Assembly: GCA_965223265.1 (NCBI GenBank)
Contig: OZ244999.1
Location: forward strand, 9,024,001 to 9,088,000
Origin: Planctomycetota bacterium
GTDB lineage: Bacteria; Planctomycetota; UBA8108; SXIK01
Reading direction: 5' to 3'
Length of the DNA stretch: 64,000 nucleotides
The notes under the pieces were generated by a model. The model saw nothing but the letters and a program-made list of their open reading frames with translations. It was not told where the DNA came from and searched no databases. This document shows positions 38,643 to 48,549 of the stretch, piece after piece (positions within the stretch are counted from its first letter, which is position 1; each line of letters begins with the position of its first letter). A program made the translations under genes and the position numbers.

Positions 38643-39884
38643 TCACTCTCCCTGGCATCGCCGGATAGCGCGACCGAAGCGCTCCGCCGCTGCCGGCAAG
38701 TCGTGGCTCGGAAGGTAGCCGAAGCTGAGCCGCACTTTGTTGTTGCCACCGCCTGCGTAGCAGAGATCGCCGGGGACGTAGACGACTTTTTCCTTGAGAC
38801 ACGTCTCAAAAAACTCAGAGGTGGCGCTGGTGTCAAAACCGGGAGGAGCCGTCAACCAAAGATACAAACCGCCGGAAGTGTTCTCCCAGTGCCAGCCGTC
38901 CTCGCGGATTCCACTTGCTATGATTGCATCCTGCAGAACGTCCCGTTTGGCCAGGTAGGAAGGGCGGAGGTGTTTGAGGAATGCTTCGTAGGTCCCGCGT
39001 CCTATCGCTTCCTCGACAATAGCCTGCGCGAGATTCGACGTGCCGAAATCCTGGGCGCGTTTCAGATCGAGAACCCGCTCCCGTAGCGCCGTATGTCGGG
39101 TGAGCAAGTAGCCGACTTTGATGCCGGTTGCGAACGTTTTCGTGAACGTCCCCACGACGATCACGGGACGATCCTCGTGATCTTTCTCGAGAAGCGTCGG
39201 GGCGGGCCACGGATCTGAAAAGTAGAAATCGCGATACGCTATGTCCTCGATCACCGCGGCGCGCACGTCTCGCGCCTTCATTACGGCCGCCAGTGCTTGC
39301 TTCTGCGAAGTATCCAGGCTCAAGCAGCTCGGATTCGAGTAGTAGCTGACAAGGTAGACTGCACGGACTCGGTCGAGGTCGCCGCTTTTCGACAGGTGAT
39401 CGAAAAAGTCGTCGAGTGGCGCGGCGTCGAGCCGATCGTCTCGATGAGGAAGGCTGATCGCTCGCACACCGAGAGTCTCGAGAACGTCGAGAAAAACGAA
39501 GTACGTTGGGGACTCGACGAGAACGATATCACCCGGCCGGCAGAGCGCCTGGACGGCGAGAAAGAGTGCTTGCTGCGAACCGTTTGTTACCAAGACGTCG
39601 TCGACTTCGATGCCGCCAGGATCCACTTGACACGCATGATCTTGCTCAGAAACGTAGTCGCAGATCAGACCGCGGAGCTTCTGCCGCCCTGCCGGAAAGC
39701 CGTACTGGAGAACCTCGCGCACTTTCCTCTTTCCCAAGAGGTCGTCCACAATTTCTCTCACGGAATCGATCGGCAACAGGTCGTTGTCAGTGAATCCCGC
39801 CGCCAACGAGAGCAGCCCTGGGACTTCGAGCGCACGCCGCATGAGGGATGCGACGTTGATCTTTGGGTTCGTTTCGGAATGCAT
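38643..39884 (-). CDS. PLP-dependent aminotransferase, class I/II (LysN/MocR-like, no HTH)
   Basis: LSLAAG, LQYG, TNGSQQAL, ESPTY, SNPS, IEDIAY, GTFTK, VRLSF. Confidence 0.9.
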   Translation of the reverse strand: MHSETNPKINVASLMRRALEVPGLLSLAAGFTDNDLLPIDSVREIVDDLLGKRKVREVLQYGFPAGRQKLRGLICDYVSEQDHACQVDPGGIEVDDVLVTNGSQQALFLAVQALCRPGDIVLVESPTYFVFLDVLETLGVRAISLPHRDDRLDAAPLDDFFDHLSKSGDLDRVRAVYLVSYYSNPSCLSLDTSQKQALAAVMKARDVRAAVIEDIAYRDFYFSDPWPAPTLLEKDHEDRPVIVVGTFTKTFATGIKVGYLLTRHTALRERVLDLKRAQDFGTSNLAQAIVEEAIGRGTYEAFLKHLRPSYLAKRDVLQDAIIASGIREDGWHWENTSGGLYLWLTAPPGFDTSATSEFFETCLKEKVVYVPGDLCYAGGGNNKVRLSFGYLPSHDLPAAAERFGRAIRRCQGE

Positions 39885-40146
39885 ATGCGCTAGACCATTG
39901 TCGAGTGGCGATGTTACACCGGGACGGGAGCGACCCGCTACTGGCGGCGCGACCGATCCCGAATTGTGAGGAGAGCGGCAGGGTTGCCGCTATCGAATCT
40001 ACGGGCGCCGCCCGACCAGAGAGAGTCAGCCCTGACCGGTGTTTCAGGCGTCGGCGCGCGCCGAGCTTGAAATGTACGTGTGCGTTCAGCGGCTTTGTCT
40101 CTATGGCCGATATATCGACTGAGAGGGTTCGTCCAAATAAGAGCGA

Positions 40147-41271
40147 ATGCAATCGCTAGGTACCCACACTGTGCCCGACCAGCCGCACATCTCCATCGTC
40201 TATCTCTCGTATCACTCAGAGCCGTATCTCGATGAGTTCGTCGAATCGGTGCGTCGACTCACCTACCCATTCGAGCGGCTCGAGCTGGTTGTTGTCGATA
40301 ACCCGCACCCAGATCATGGCAGCTCGATGCGGGCACTTGAAGAGCGTCTGGGACCGCTTTCCGGGAAGTCCTTTCCACGGGTGAAACTGTTGCCGCAAAC
40401 GAAGAATCGCGGATTCGCCCACGGCATGAATGTGGGGATTGCCTACGCCTTGCAGCGTGGGAGCGAGTACGTGTACCTGCACAACGACGATGGGCTCATG
40501 GCACCCGGCGCCTTGGAGCCTCTTGTCGAGGCGATGGCGGCCGACGACTCGGTCGGAGCCGCTCAGTCCCTCATTCTTCTTCACCCGGAGACTCATCTGG
40601 TCAACAGTGCTGGTAACGTTCTTCATTTCTGTTTCTTCGGCTACTGCGACCAGTACCGCCAACCGGCGGACGAAATCGAACTGCCGGCGGTCAAGGAGGT
40701 GGGCTTCGCGAGCGGTGCGGCGCTGCTTTGCCGCGCGGAACTCCTACAACAGTTCGGTGGCTTCGACGAGGACCTGGCGCTTTACTGCGAGGATCTTGAG
40801 TATTCCTGTCGGCTGCGCTTGCAGGGTTACAAGAGTGTCGTCGTGCGGGATTCGCACTTTTTTCACAAGTATCGATTCGATCGCAATACGGCGAAATTCT
40901 ACTGGCTGGAGCGTAACCGCCACGCAGTCATGCTCATGATGCTTCGCGCCCCGACGCTCGTGCTACTGGCGCCTATGGTTTTGCTACTGGAGCTCGCTCT
41001 CATAGCGTTCGCCTGGCGCCACGGGTGGTTGAGCCTACGTCTGCGGGTCTATGCCCATTGGCTGAGGTGGAAGAACTGCAGGCTCTGGCTGAGGAAGCGA
41101 CGACGATTACAACGAACTCGCACGTGTTCCGATCGCAGCTTGCTGGAAATTGCAACCGCGCGACTTGAGTTTCACGAGCAGACGGTCAGAAGCCCGCTAC
41201 TTCGCTACGTCGGCAACCCGATTCTCTCGTTCTACTACTACGCGGTCATTCGTACGCTTGTGTGGTGGTAG
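40147..41271 (+). CDS. Glycosyltransferase family 2
   Basis: VVVDN, NRGFAHGMN.G, HNDD, SGAALL, GGFDE..LYCEDLE. Confidence 0.9.
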   Translation: MQSLGTHTVPDQPHISIVYLSYHSEPYLDEFVESVRRLTYPFERLELVVVDNPHPDHGSSMRALEERLGPLSGKSFPRVKLLPQTKNRGFAHGMNVGIAYALQRGSEYVYLHNDDGLMAPGALEPLVEAMAADDSVGAAQSLILLHPETHLVNSAGNVLHFCFFGYCDQYRQPADEIELPAVKEVGFASGAALLCRAELLQQFGGFDEDLALYCEDLEYSCRLRLQGYKSVVVRDSHFFHKYRFDRNTAKFYWLERNRHAVMLMMLRAPTLVLLAPMVLLLELALIAFAWRHGWLSLRLRVYAHWLRWKNCRLWLRKRRRLQRTRTCSDRSLLEIATARLEFHEQTVRSPLLRYVGNPILSFYYYAVIRTLVWW

Positions 41272-41326
41272 TGTCGTTGAGGGTGTGGTGTCACACATGG
41301 CTGCACCCGTCGAATTCTAATTCACC

Positions 41327-42283
41327 CTACAGAAAGAGATCCTGAGCCAGTGACTTCCACCCGCGCGAGTACCGTCCGTAGTGACGGGTCAACATCTCGT
41401 GCATGACTCGCGGGAGGCGGCGGGACTGACGCATTCTGGCTTTGGCGTGAAAGTGACGGATTTTGTCCTCGAGCGCGTCAAGAATCGCTGGATCGCGCAC
41501 CCGGTCTCGGCTTTGCTGCAGGCGATCGAGCGCTAGAAAGTAGTCGAGCGCGGTTCCAAGAAAAGTGGCTGTGCCCTGTTGTCGAGCAACGTTGATTTTC
41601 TCGCGTAGTGTGGTCTTCTTGCCGCCAAGCTGTTGACCTGGGTGCTGTCGATACTCGATCAGCGGCGAAGCGATCGGCGTTCCGACTGCGACGCAGCTCA
41701 ATAGCAGGCCAATCCATCCATCTTGTACCCAACTCGATGGGATAGGCAGGAGGAGATCTCGAAACGATGCTCGAAAGGCAAGGGTTGCTCCGGTGACGAC
41801 GTTGTATCGAAGAAGAACGGAGACGCCGCTGCCGCTTTGAAACATTCGCTGCTGGCGTCGCGTGAAACCTACTGCCTCCCAAAGGCGATAGCCGAGAGCT
41901 TGTCTGTGGAGATCGACGACGAGTGCGTCAGAGAAGACGAACGCAGCGTCGGGACGAGCTCGAAATTCGGCCTCGAGTCGAGACAGTTTCTGCGGTAGCC
42001 AGACGTCGTCTTGGTCACACAGCGCAACGATCTCTCCGTCGCAAAGCGATATCGCGCGTTCAAAGTTTTTGGTTGAGCCCAGATTCTCTGGATTGGCAAA
42101 GATGCGTACAGGTACCGCGGCTTTGGCTCTGAACGACTCTGCGATCGTGAGCGTCGCATCCGTCGATCCATCGTCACAGATCACGATTTCGTCTGGCGGT
42201 CGAGTCTGAGAAGCGATGCTGGCCAGTTGGAGCTCGAGGAATGCCGCGCCGTTGTAGGTGCACAGGGCAACGGAGATTTTCAT
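41327..42283 (-). CDS. Glycosyltransferase family 2
   Basis: ISVALCTYNG, DDGSTD, LCDQDDVW, VTGAT, YRQH. Confidence 0.93.
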   Translation of the reverse strand: MKISVALCTYNGAAFLELQLASIASQTRPPDEIVICDDGSTDATLTIAESFRAKAAVPVRIFANPENLGSTKNFERAISLCDGEIVALCDQDDVWLPQKLSRLEAEFRARPDAAFVFSDALVVDLHRQALGYRLWEAVGFTRRQQRMFQSGSGVSVLLRYNVVTGATLAFRASFRDLLLPIPSSWVQDGWIGLLLSCVAVGTPIASPLIEYRQHPGQQLGGKKTTLREKINVARQQGTATFLGTALDYFLALDRLQQSRDRVRDPAILDALEDKIRHFHAKARMRQSRRLPRVMHEMLTRHYGRYSRGWKSLAQDLFL

Positions 42284-42444
42284 TCGGAGTTGCTCAGCTT
42301 TATCAACCTGTCGTTGCCCGTGCCGTTATCAGTTCATGCCGAGTGTTCACCGCATCAAGCGGTACCGACGATAACTGCTGATGAAATCGGCTCCGCGTTG
42401 TTGGCGCGTTCATCGAAACTTTCCGACTCGAGCGTTCTGAGCTC

Positions 42445-43179
42445 ATGAGAAGTCTCATCGTCGTCCCGGCGTACAACGAAGAAAGCTCGCTCCCTTCGAC
42501 CCTTGCAAGTCTGCAAGCGGTCCCAGAGTGGTTCGACATCTTGGTCGTGAACGACGGCTCCACGGATTCCACGGGGAAGGTTGCGGAGTCCTTCGCGGCT
42601 TCGAGTCCAAGAACCGTTCATGTGGTTCATTTGGTCGACAACTGCGGCATCGGTGCGGCTGTCCAGACCGGATTTGTTTTTGCGGCCCAGACGCAGCGTT
42701 ACCGCTACGTCGTTCAATTCGACGCCGACGGTCAGCACGAGGCGGAGTTCGTCCAAAAGCTCGTGCAAGAGTGCGAGCGACGTGGGCTCGATTTGTGCAT
42801 AGGATCGCGGTTCTTGGCGAGCGATGAAGGGGGCTTTCGCTCGACGCGGATTCGACGTATAGGCATTCAGTTCTTTTGCAGACTGGTTGCCGTATTGACG
42901 GGTACACGGGTGACCGACCCAACAAGCGGCCTGCGCTGCAGTGGGCCGCGGGCTTGGCGTGCGTTTGCCAATCGTTACCCGGACGACTATCCAGAGCCGG
43001 AATCCCTTTTCTGGTGTCTCCGCAATCGTCTGTCAATCGCGGAGATACCGGTGCGCATGGCGGCTCGGCGTGGCGGCGTCACTTCGATCGGTTGCCTATC
43101 TAGTGGCTACTACATGGCGAAAGTTACCTTGGCGATCCTCTTCGATCGTCTCAGACGCAGAGAGTTTCCAGCGACGTGA
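42445..43179 (+). CDS. GT2, polyprenol/dolichol-phosphate glycosyltransferase-like
   Basis: VVPAYNEE, VNDGSTD, GIGAAVQTG, FDADGQH, IGSRF, TDPTSG, YPEPE. Confidence 0.9.
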   Translation: MRSLIVVPAYNEESSLPSTLASLQAVPEWFDILVVNDGSTDSTGKVAESFAASSPRTVHVVHLVDNCGIGAAVQTGFVFAAQTQRYRYVVQFDADGQHEAEFVQKLVQECERRGLDLCIGSRFLASDEGGFRSTRIRRIGIQFFCRLVAVLTGTRVTDPTSGLRCSGPRAWRAFANRYPDDYPEPESLFWCLRNRLSIAEIPVRMAARRGGVTSIGCLSSGYYMAKVTLAILFDRLRRREFPAT

Positions 43180-43601
43180 ATGCCGAGCTCTTTATGTTGA
43201 TCGGTGGTGTCACCAGCTTCGCGTTGACGCTCCACTGGGTGCGTAGCCGCGAGTTGCGAGAGAAGTATGCCGTCGGCTGGATTTTCGTTGCGGCTCTGCT
43301 GCTCCTTTGCGGTTTGTTTCCACGTTCGATCATGGCCCTTGCCGACGCCTCGAGGCTGAGCTATCCCGCCGCTGTACTGTTCCTGGCTTTGGCACTCATC
43401 TACGCGTTTTCCTTCTCTGTTTCTGCGTCGCTCACGCGTCATCACAGACGGAGCCAAAGGCTCATTCAACGGGTTGCTCTCCTAGAGGAGCGTCTCCGCT
43501 GCCTCGAGCGAAACCGTGACGAGGTGTCGTCGCCGCCCCCGCGACGTGGCGAGTCAGATGAAAACTGCTCAGAGAGTCGCAAGTTGGACGCGATCGTGTG
43601 A
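43176..43601 (+). CDS. DUF2304 family small membrane protein
   Basis: VRSRELREKYAVGW, three TMs, C-terminal coiled coil LIQRVALLE; overlaps the DPM-like GT2, the usual context for this family. Confidence 0.8.
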   Translation: MNAELFMLIGGVTSFALTLHWVRSRELREKYAVGWIFVAALLLLCGLFPRSIMALADASRLSYPAAVLFLALALIYAFSFSVSASLTRHHRRSQRLIQRVALLEERLRCLERNRDEVSSPPPRRGESDENCSESRKLDAIV

Positions 43602-43610
43602 GCGCCGGCG

Positions 43611-45602
43611 TTACTCCGCGAGGGTGCTCTCGCCGCGGGGCTTGTCGATCCAGACCTGACGTTCTCGGCGCAAAGCGTCTCGACTAAGCTCAGACAACTC
43701 TGCCCCTAGAAACTCCGTCGCCGCATCGAGGAAGGCCGCAGCCGCCGCGTTCCCCGCTCTCTTCGCTTCGTGATTTGCAGTCGTACGGATCCGGCCGATC
43801 GCTGCTGGCTCGTCTGCGATCCCAAGCAACGCGCGGGCGAATCTCAATTGGGTCGGGGCAGGAAGACGACCACCGACCTCGGCTCGCTCGAAATGCTCCA
43901 CGGCGGCGGAGAACTCTCCTTGGCTCACAAGTGCGAGCGCCAGGTTGTTGTGAGCCGGCCAATATCGTGGCCGGACCTCGAGGGCTCGTCGGTAGAACGC
44001 AATGGCTTCTGGGACGTTTCCCTTCTCCAGCTCGGCAGCTCCGGCGCTGACGTGAACTCGAATCGAGCGAGGTTGTATACGCAACGCACGCCGGTAGTGG
44101 TGGAGAGCTTCGTCAAGGTCACCGGCGGTGTGTAGGCTGGCGCCGTAATTGAAGTGATAGACGGCGAGAGGTTTGAGTGACGACGCATCTGAGTTCAAGA
44201 CAGCTCGACGATAGCACTCACGCGCTCGATGGGTGTCGCCACTGTTGGTCAGGAGGACACCGAGCTCGTTGTAGGCGCGGGAGTTCGTCGGGTTGACCTC
44301 AAGCGCCTGTGACCACAGAGCGAACGGCTCTGCGTAGACGGTGTTGCGTGCGTGGGTCAAGCACACGAACGTGGCGGTGACCGCACAGACGAATGCGGCG
44401 CCGGTCGCATAAAGCGTTCGCGCTCCCAGCCGCCTTGAGAGGTACTCTAAGAGGTAGTGGCTGACTCCAACAACGATCGCCGTGACGGGGATCAACGCTA
44501 AGTACATACGATGCTCGACTGCTATGTCGGCGATCGGAACAACACTCGAGCTAGGCGCCAAAAGTATGAAGAAGATCAGCACGAGTGCGCTCGTGCGTGG
44601 CACTCTTCGCACTGCGAGGACGGAAAGGGAGAGCACGAGAAGGAGTGGAAGCCCCGCTGCCATCACGCGCAATGGATCGTAGCAGACCGGCCATTGATAA
44701 TCGATACACAGGGGGGCAGGCCAGAAAACCTGTTTTAGGTAGTGGACGATGACGGTCGCTTGAGTGAGGAAGTACTCGGACCCCGTGAAGGGAAGGCTAC
44801 CTGCTCCGACGGAGCTGGTCGACACGGCCAAGGCATGTGGTGAACTTCGGTAGAAGAAGAACCAACTACTCATGAGCCCGATGAAAAGCGGTGTTTGGTG
44901 GCGCAGCAGCTGCGACCATGTTCGCGTCAGGAACGCACGATGGAGGATCAACGTAACGACTGGGATCGTCACGGCGGATTCCTTCGTACCGACTGCAAGC
45001 CAGCAGCTAAACGTAGCAGCCGCGAACCAAAACCACGCTCTGCCGCCCGTAGCGCCGCGAGCCGCGCAGTACAGCGACAGCAGATAGAAGAGCCCCATCA
45101 GGGACTCAGAGCGTTGGATGACGTAAGTGACGCTTTGCGTTTGTAAGGGGTGAACCAGCCAGAGAGCCGCTATGGCCAACGACAGAGTCGTCGTCGCGGA
45201 ATCTGAAATGACAACACTCGGGGTCTCTCCTGGCCCTTTTGCGCGGAGGATTGTCGCGTCGTTGCGAAAGGGGGCTGCGGCCAGTAGGCGTCGCGTTAGG
45301 AGAAAGAGGACAATCCCAGCGCTGACATGGATCGCTATGTTTGTGACGTGGTAGCCCGCAACGCTGAGTTTCGAAACCGCATAGTTCAACGCAAGCGACA
45401 GATTGAGAATCGGTCGATTGCCCCCGAGAAGGTGTTTGAACTCCGGGTCGCGAATCGTATCGTTCTCGACAATCCAAGGTATGTCGTCGAAAACGAACGG
45501 TACATGTAGCGAGTTACCGTAGGCCAACGATCCGAGAAGGGTTAAGAAGAGGACCGGTGCAGTCGCTGAGTCTTTTCGGAAGGGCCGGCAATGTGCTGTC
45601 AT
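43611..45602 (-). CDS. TMTC-like (GT-C) membrane glycosyltransferase with C-terminal TPRs
   Basis: YGNSL.VPFVFDD, RP..NLSLALNY, YHVTN, HPLQTQSVTYVIQRSE, KE, EHRMYL, then TPR repeats. Confidence 0.85.
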   Translation of the reverse strand: MTAHCRPFRKDSATAPVLFLTLLGSLAYGNSLHVPFVFDDIPWIVENDTIRDPEFKHLLGGNRPILNLSLALNYAVSKLSVAGYHVTNIAIHVSAGIVLFLLTRRLLAAAPFRNDATILRAKGPGETPSVVISDSATTTLSLAIAALWLVHPLQTQSVTYVIQRSESLMGLFYLLSLYCAARGATGGRAWFWFAAATFSCWLAVGTKESAVTIPVVTLILHRAFLTRTWSQLLRHQTPLFIGLMSSWFFFYRSSPHALAVSTSSVGAGSLPFTGSEYFLTQATVIVHYLKQVFWPAPLCIDYQWPVCYDPLRVMAAGLPLLLVLSLSVLAVRRVPRTSALVLIFFILLAPSSSVVPIADIAVEHRMYLALIPVTAIVVGVSHYLLEYLSRRLGARTLYATGAAFVCAVTATFVCLTHARNTVYAEPFALWSQALEVNPTNSRAYNELGVLLTNSGDTHRARECYRRAVLNSDASSLKPLAVYHFNYGASLHTAGDLDEALHHYRRALRIQPRSIRVHVSAGAAELEKGNVPEAIAFYRRALEVRPRYWPAHNNLALALVSQGEFSAAVEHFERAEVGGRLPAPTQLRFARALLGIADEPAAIGRIRTTANHEAKRAGNAAAAAFLDAATEFLGAELSELSRDALRRERQVWIDKPRGESTLAE

Positions 45603-45824
45603 GATCGTCAGTGTTCGTCACTTCGACGGGAGCCCGCCGTTCACAGAAACGCACTACTTCAACAAGGCCGTAGAATCACGCGAGGTAACAGATCAATCGG
45701 CTTGACCGCGAGACAGCTGTGGTTATTGTAGCGGCAGGGTCTGAGGTCTCCTCGACGATCCAAACGCCAACACTCAGCACCCAACACTCATCACAACGTG
45801 CAGTACATTTTTCGGAGAGCTCTC

Positions 45825-47378
45825 ATGGCGTACTCCTTGCGTCGCTGCGTTCTGTGGGGATTTCTCGCCCTGTTGTTGACCCGGGCGTCAGAAGTGTCGG
45901 CGCTTCCCGCTACCGCCAAGGTGAATCTGCGCACGGTCGACGCTTCAGGTGAGGTGTTACCGGCACGAGTTCACCTGGTCGACGCGGAGGGAAAGGCTGT
46001 CGAGCCGGATGGTTGGCCGTTTTATCGTGACCACTTCAACTTTGACGGCGACGCCGTGCTGGACCTTCCCGTGGGCGAATACCGATTCACGATCGAGCGC
46101 GGCCCCGAGTATCGGAGAGCAACCGGCACGATTTCCGTCGCGGACGATTCGCGGGGGCCTGAGACCGTCGTCCTCCATCGGCTGACCGACCTCAACCGTC
46201 GTGGGTGGTGGTGTGGGGATGTTCACATCCATCGTGACCCTGAAGTCGTGCCACTTCTTATGGCGTCTGAGGACCTGAACGTCGGCCCGATTCTGACAGT
46301 ATGGAACCAGCGCAACCATTGGTCGAACCGCGAACTCCCCGGCCAACTCGTTCAAGAAGTAGGCGAGAACCGTTGGATCCATTTGCTGGCGTGCGAGGAC
46401 GAAAGAAAAGGCGGCGCCCTGCTCTATTTCAACTTGTCCAGTCCACTAGACTTTCGAGGCGACGGCGGCGAGTATCCGTCGCCGCTGAAGAATCTCACCA
46501 TTGCCCGCAAGCTTGCTGGCGCGTGGATCGATATCGAAAAGCCGTTCTGGTGGGATGTGCCGACGTGGGTGGCAACCGGCAGAATCGATTCTATTGGGCT
46601 CGCCAACAACCATATGTGTCGCAGTCGAATGTTCGAATCAGAGGCGTGGGGAAGGCCTCGCGACGTCACCCGCCTGCCTCCTCCGCGGGGCAACGGGTTT
46701 TTCACGCAGGAACTCTATTACCGGCTTCTCAACTGTGGTTTTCGAATTTCACCGTCCGCAGGATCTGCGTCGGGGGTGCTACCGAATCCCGTTGGGTACA
46801 ATCGAGTTTACGTCTATCTGGGCGACTCACCGTCTTATGAGGCATGGTGGCGTGGTCTGAAGGTCGGTCGCAGTTTCGTCACGAACGGCCCCCTGCTTCT
46901 TGTTAACGCCAACGGAAAACTACCCGGTAGCGTTTTTCAGGTTGGCGAGAATCTGGGCGTCGAAATCGATGTTCAGGTACTGAGTAACGATTCGATCGAT
47001 CGGGTGGAACTCGTCGTCGATGGCAACATCGCGTCGGTCGACAAGCCGAACGAAGAGGGAAAAGTCGCATTCAAGACCTCGTTCAAGACTTCCGGTTGGT
47101 TTCTTGTCAGAGTGATCGCCTCGGTTTCTGAGACATTTCGATTCGCGAGTACCGCGCCGTTCTATGTAGAAGTTGCTGGCAAGAAGAGTTCGCCGCGGCG
47201 CGAAGATGTTCAATACTTCATCGACTGGATCGAGGAGAGGATGCAGCAGATTGAAGGACGCTCGACAAAGGAGTTCGGGCCCTTCAACCGTGAGAGTGCG
47301 CTCCGACTTCTTGGTGTTTTGAAGCCGCACGAAGAGGCATTGCTCACATTTCGAACCCTCCTGGAAAGATCCATATAG
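45825..47378 (+). CDS. CehA/McbA family (PHP-like) metallohydrolase
   Basis: Signal peptide; ERGPEY, WWCGDVHIHR, YYRLLNCG, SAGSASG, VGYNRVYV, GRSFVTNGP. Confidence 0.85.
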   Translation: MAYSLRRCVLWGFLALLLTRASEVSALPATAKVNLRTVDASGEVLPARVHLVDAEGKAVEPDGWPFYRDHFNFDGDAVLDLPVGEYRFTIERGPEYRRATGTISVADDSRGPETVVLHRLTDLNRRGWWCGDVHIHRDPEVVPLLMASEDLNVGPILTVWNQRNHWSNRELPGQLVQEVGENRWIHLLACEDERKGGALLYFNLSSPLDFRGDGGEYPSPLKNLTIARKLAGAWIDIEKPFWWDVPTWVATGRIDSIGLANNHMCRSRMFESEAWGRPRDVTRLPPPRGNGFFTQELYYRLLNCGFRISPSAGSASGVLPNPVGYNRVYVYLGDSPSYEAWWRGLKVGRSFVTNGPLLLVNANGKLPGSVFQVGENLGVEIDVQVLSNDSIDRVELVVDGNIASVDKPNEEGKVAFKTSFKTSGWFLVRVIASVSETFRFASTAPFYVEVAGKKSSPRREDVQYFIDWIEERMQQIEGRSTKEFGPFNRESALRLLGVLKPHEEALLTFRTLLERSI

Positions 47379-47419
47379 CCTCTCAATAGACAACCCTTAG
47401 ACTTGCAAGGAGTTCGTTC

Positions 47420-48448
47420 ATGCACCTTCTGAGAGTCCCTACTACCTACTCACTCTTTGCCGCCGCGCTTTTCGTTGCTGTGTCATTGCATGACCACGTA
47501 GAGGCTGGACTGCGCATCTATTGGTGCGACGTTGAGGGGGGGGCGGCGACATTGATCGTAAGTCCTGAAGGTGAATCGATCCTGGTTGACGCCGGACTCC
47601 CGGGCGAGCGTGACCCGTCTCGAATCGTCAAGGTTGCGACCGAGCACGCGAAAGTGGAGGCGATCGATCACATGGTCGTCACTCACTTCGATACGGATCA
47701 CTTCGGCGGCGTCGCAGACCTTTCGAAGTTGATCCCCATTCATCGGGTCTACGACCCCGGTCTGCCAGAGGACTCAAGTTCGGATTTGCTGCAGAATTAC
47801 CTCAAGGCAACTGAAGGAAAACGAACAGTGCTCAAGCCCGGCGACCGTCTCCCGCTGGCCGGAGGAGGAGACTCTGCACTTGAGGTGCTCTGCATAGCGG
47901 CCCAGCAGCAGTTCTTGTCGGCGTCGGCCCCAGCGAACGACGAGATTTGCGAGACACACAAACCGAAGGAAGCCGATTTGACTCAGAACGCGAACAGCAC
48001 GGTGCTCTTGTTCACCGTGGGGTCCTTCCGATTCCTCGACGCAGCTGACTTGACGTGGGAGCTGGAGAAAAAGCTTGTTTGCCCAGTGAACTTGATTGGA
48101 TCTGTGGACGTCTTTCAAGTGAATCACCACGGGTTGGACAGCAGCAACAACCCAGTGCTTGTTACCAGCGTGCAACCAACCGTCGCGGTAATGAATAACG
48201 GCGTTAGTAAGGGCTGCGCTACCGAGACCGTTGCGACGCTTCGCAGTATCTCATCGATTCAAGCGGTTTATCAGCTACACCGAAATCTTCCTGTGGGGGG
48301 CAACACTCCACCGGACTACATCGCCAACCTCGTCGCGGACTGTCAGGCGGATCACGTTGAACTCGAGGTGTCTCCTGACACGACTTCCTTCACCGTCCGG
48401 GTTCCTTCTCGCGGGCACTCGCAGATCTATTCCGTGAAGGGGCGTTGA
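47420..48448 (+). CDS. MBL-fold metallo-hydrolase (ComEC/Rec2-like), exported
   Basis: DVEGGAATL, LVDAG, THFDTDHFGG, NANS, VNHHG. Confidence 0.88.
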   Translation: MHLLRVPTTYSLFAAALFVAVSLHDHVEAGLRIYWCDVEGGAATLIVSPEGESILVDAGLPGERDPSRIVKVATEHAKVEAIDHMVVTHFDTDHFGGVADLSKLIPIHRVYDPGLPEDSSSDLLQNYLKATEGKRTVLKPGDRLPLAGGGDSALEVLCIAAQQQFLSASAPANDEICETHKPKEADLTQNANSTVLLFTVGSFRFLDAADLTWELEKKLVCPVNLIGSVDVFQVNHHGLDSSNNPVLVTSVQPTVAVMNNGVSKGCATETVATLRSISSIQAVYQLHRNLPVGGNTPPDYIANLVADCQADHVELEVSPDTTSFTVRVPSRGHSQIYSVKGR

Positions 48449-48549
48449 AGAGCCAGCCGGCGCCACACTGACCGTACGTTCTGATATCACTCTACTCTCG
48501 TGCTCCCTTTCGCTCCTTCGAGCCGGGCGAATCTACGATAAGTAGAGTT

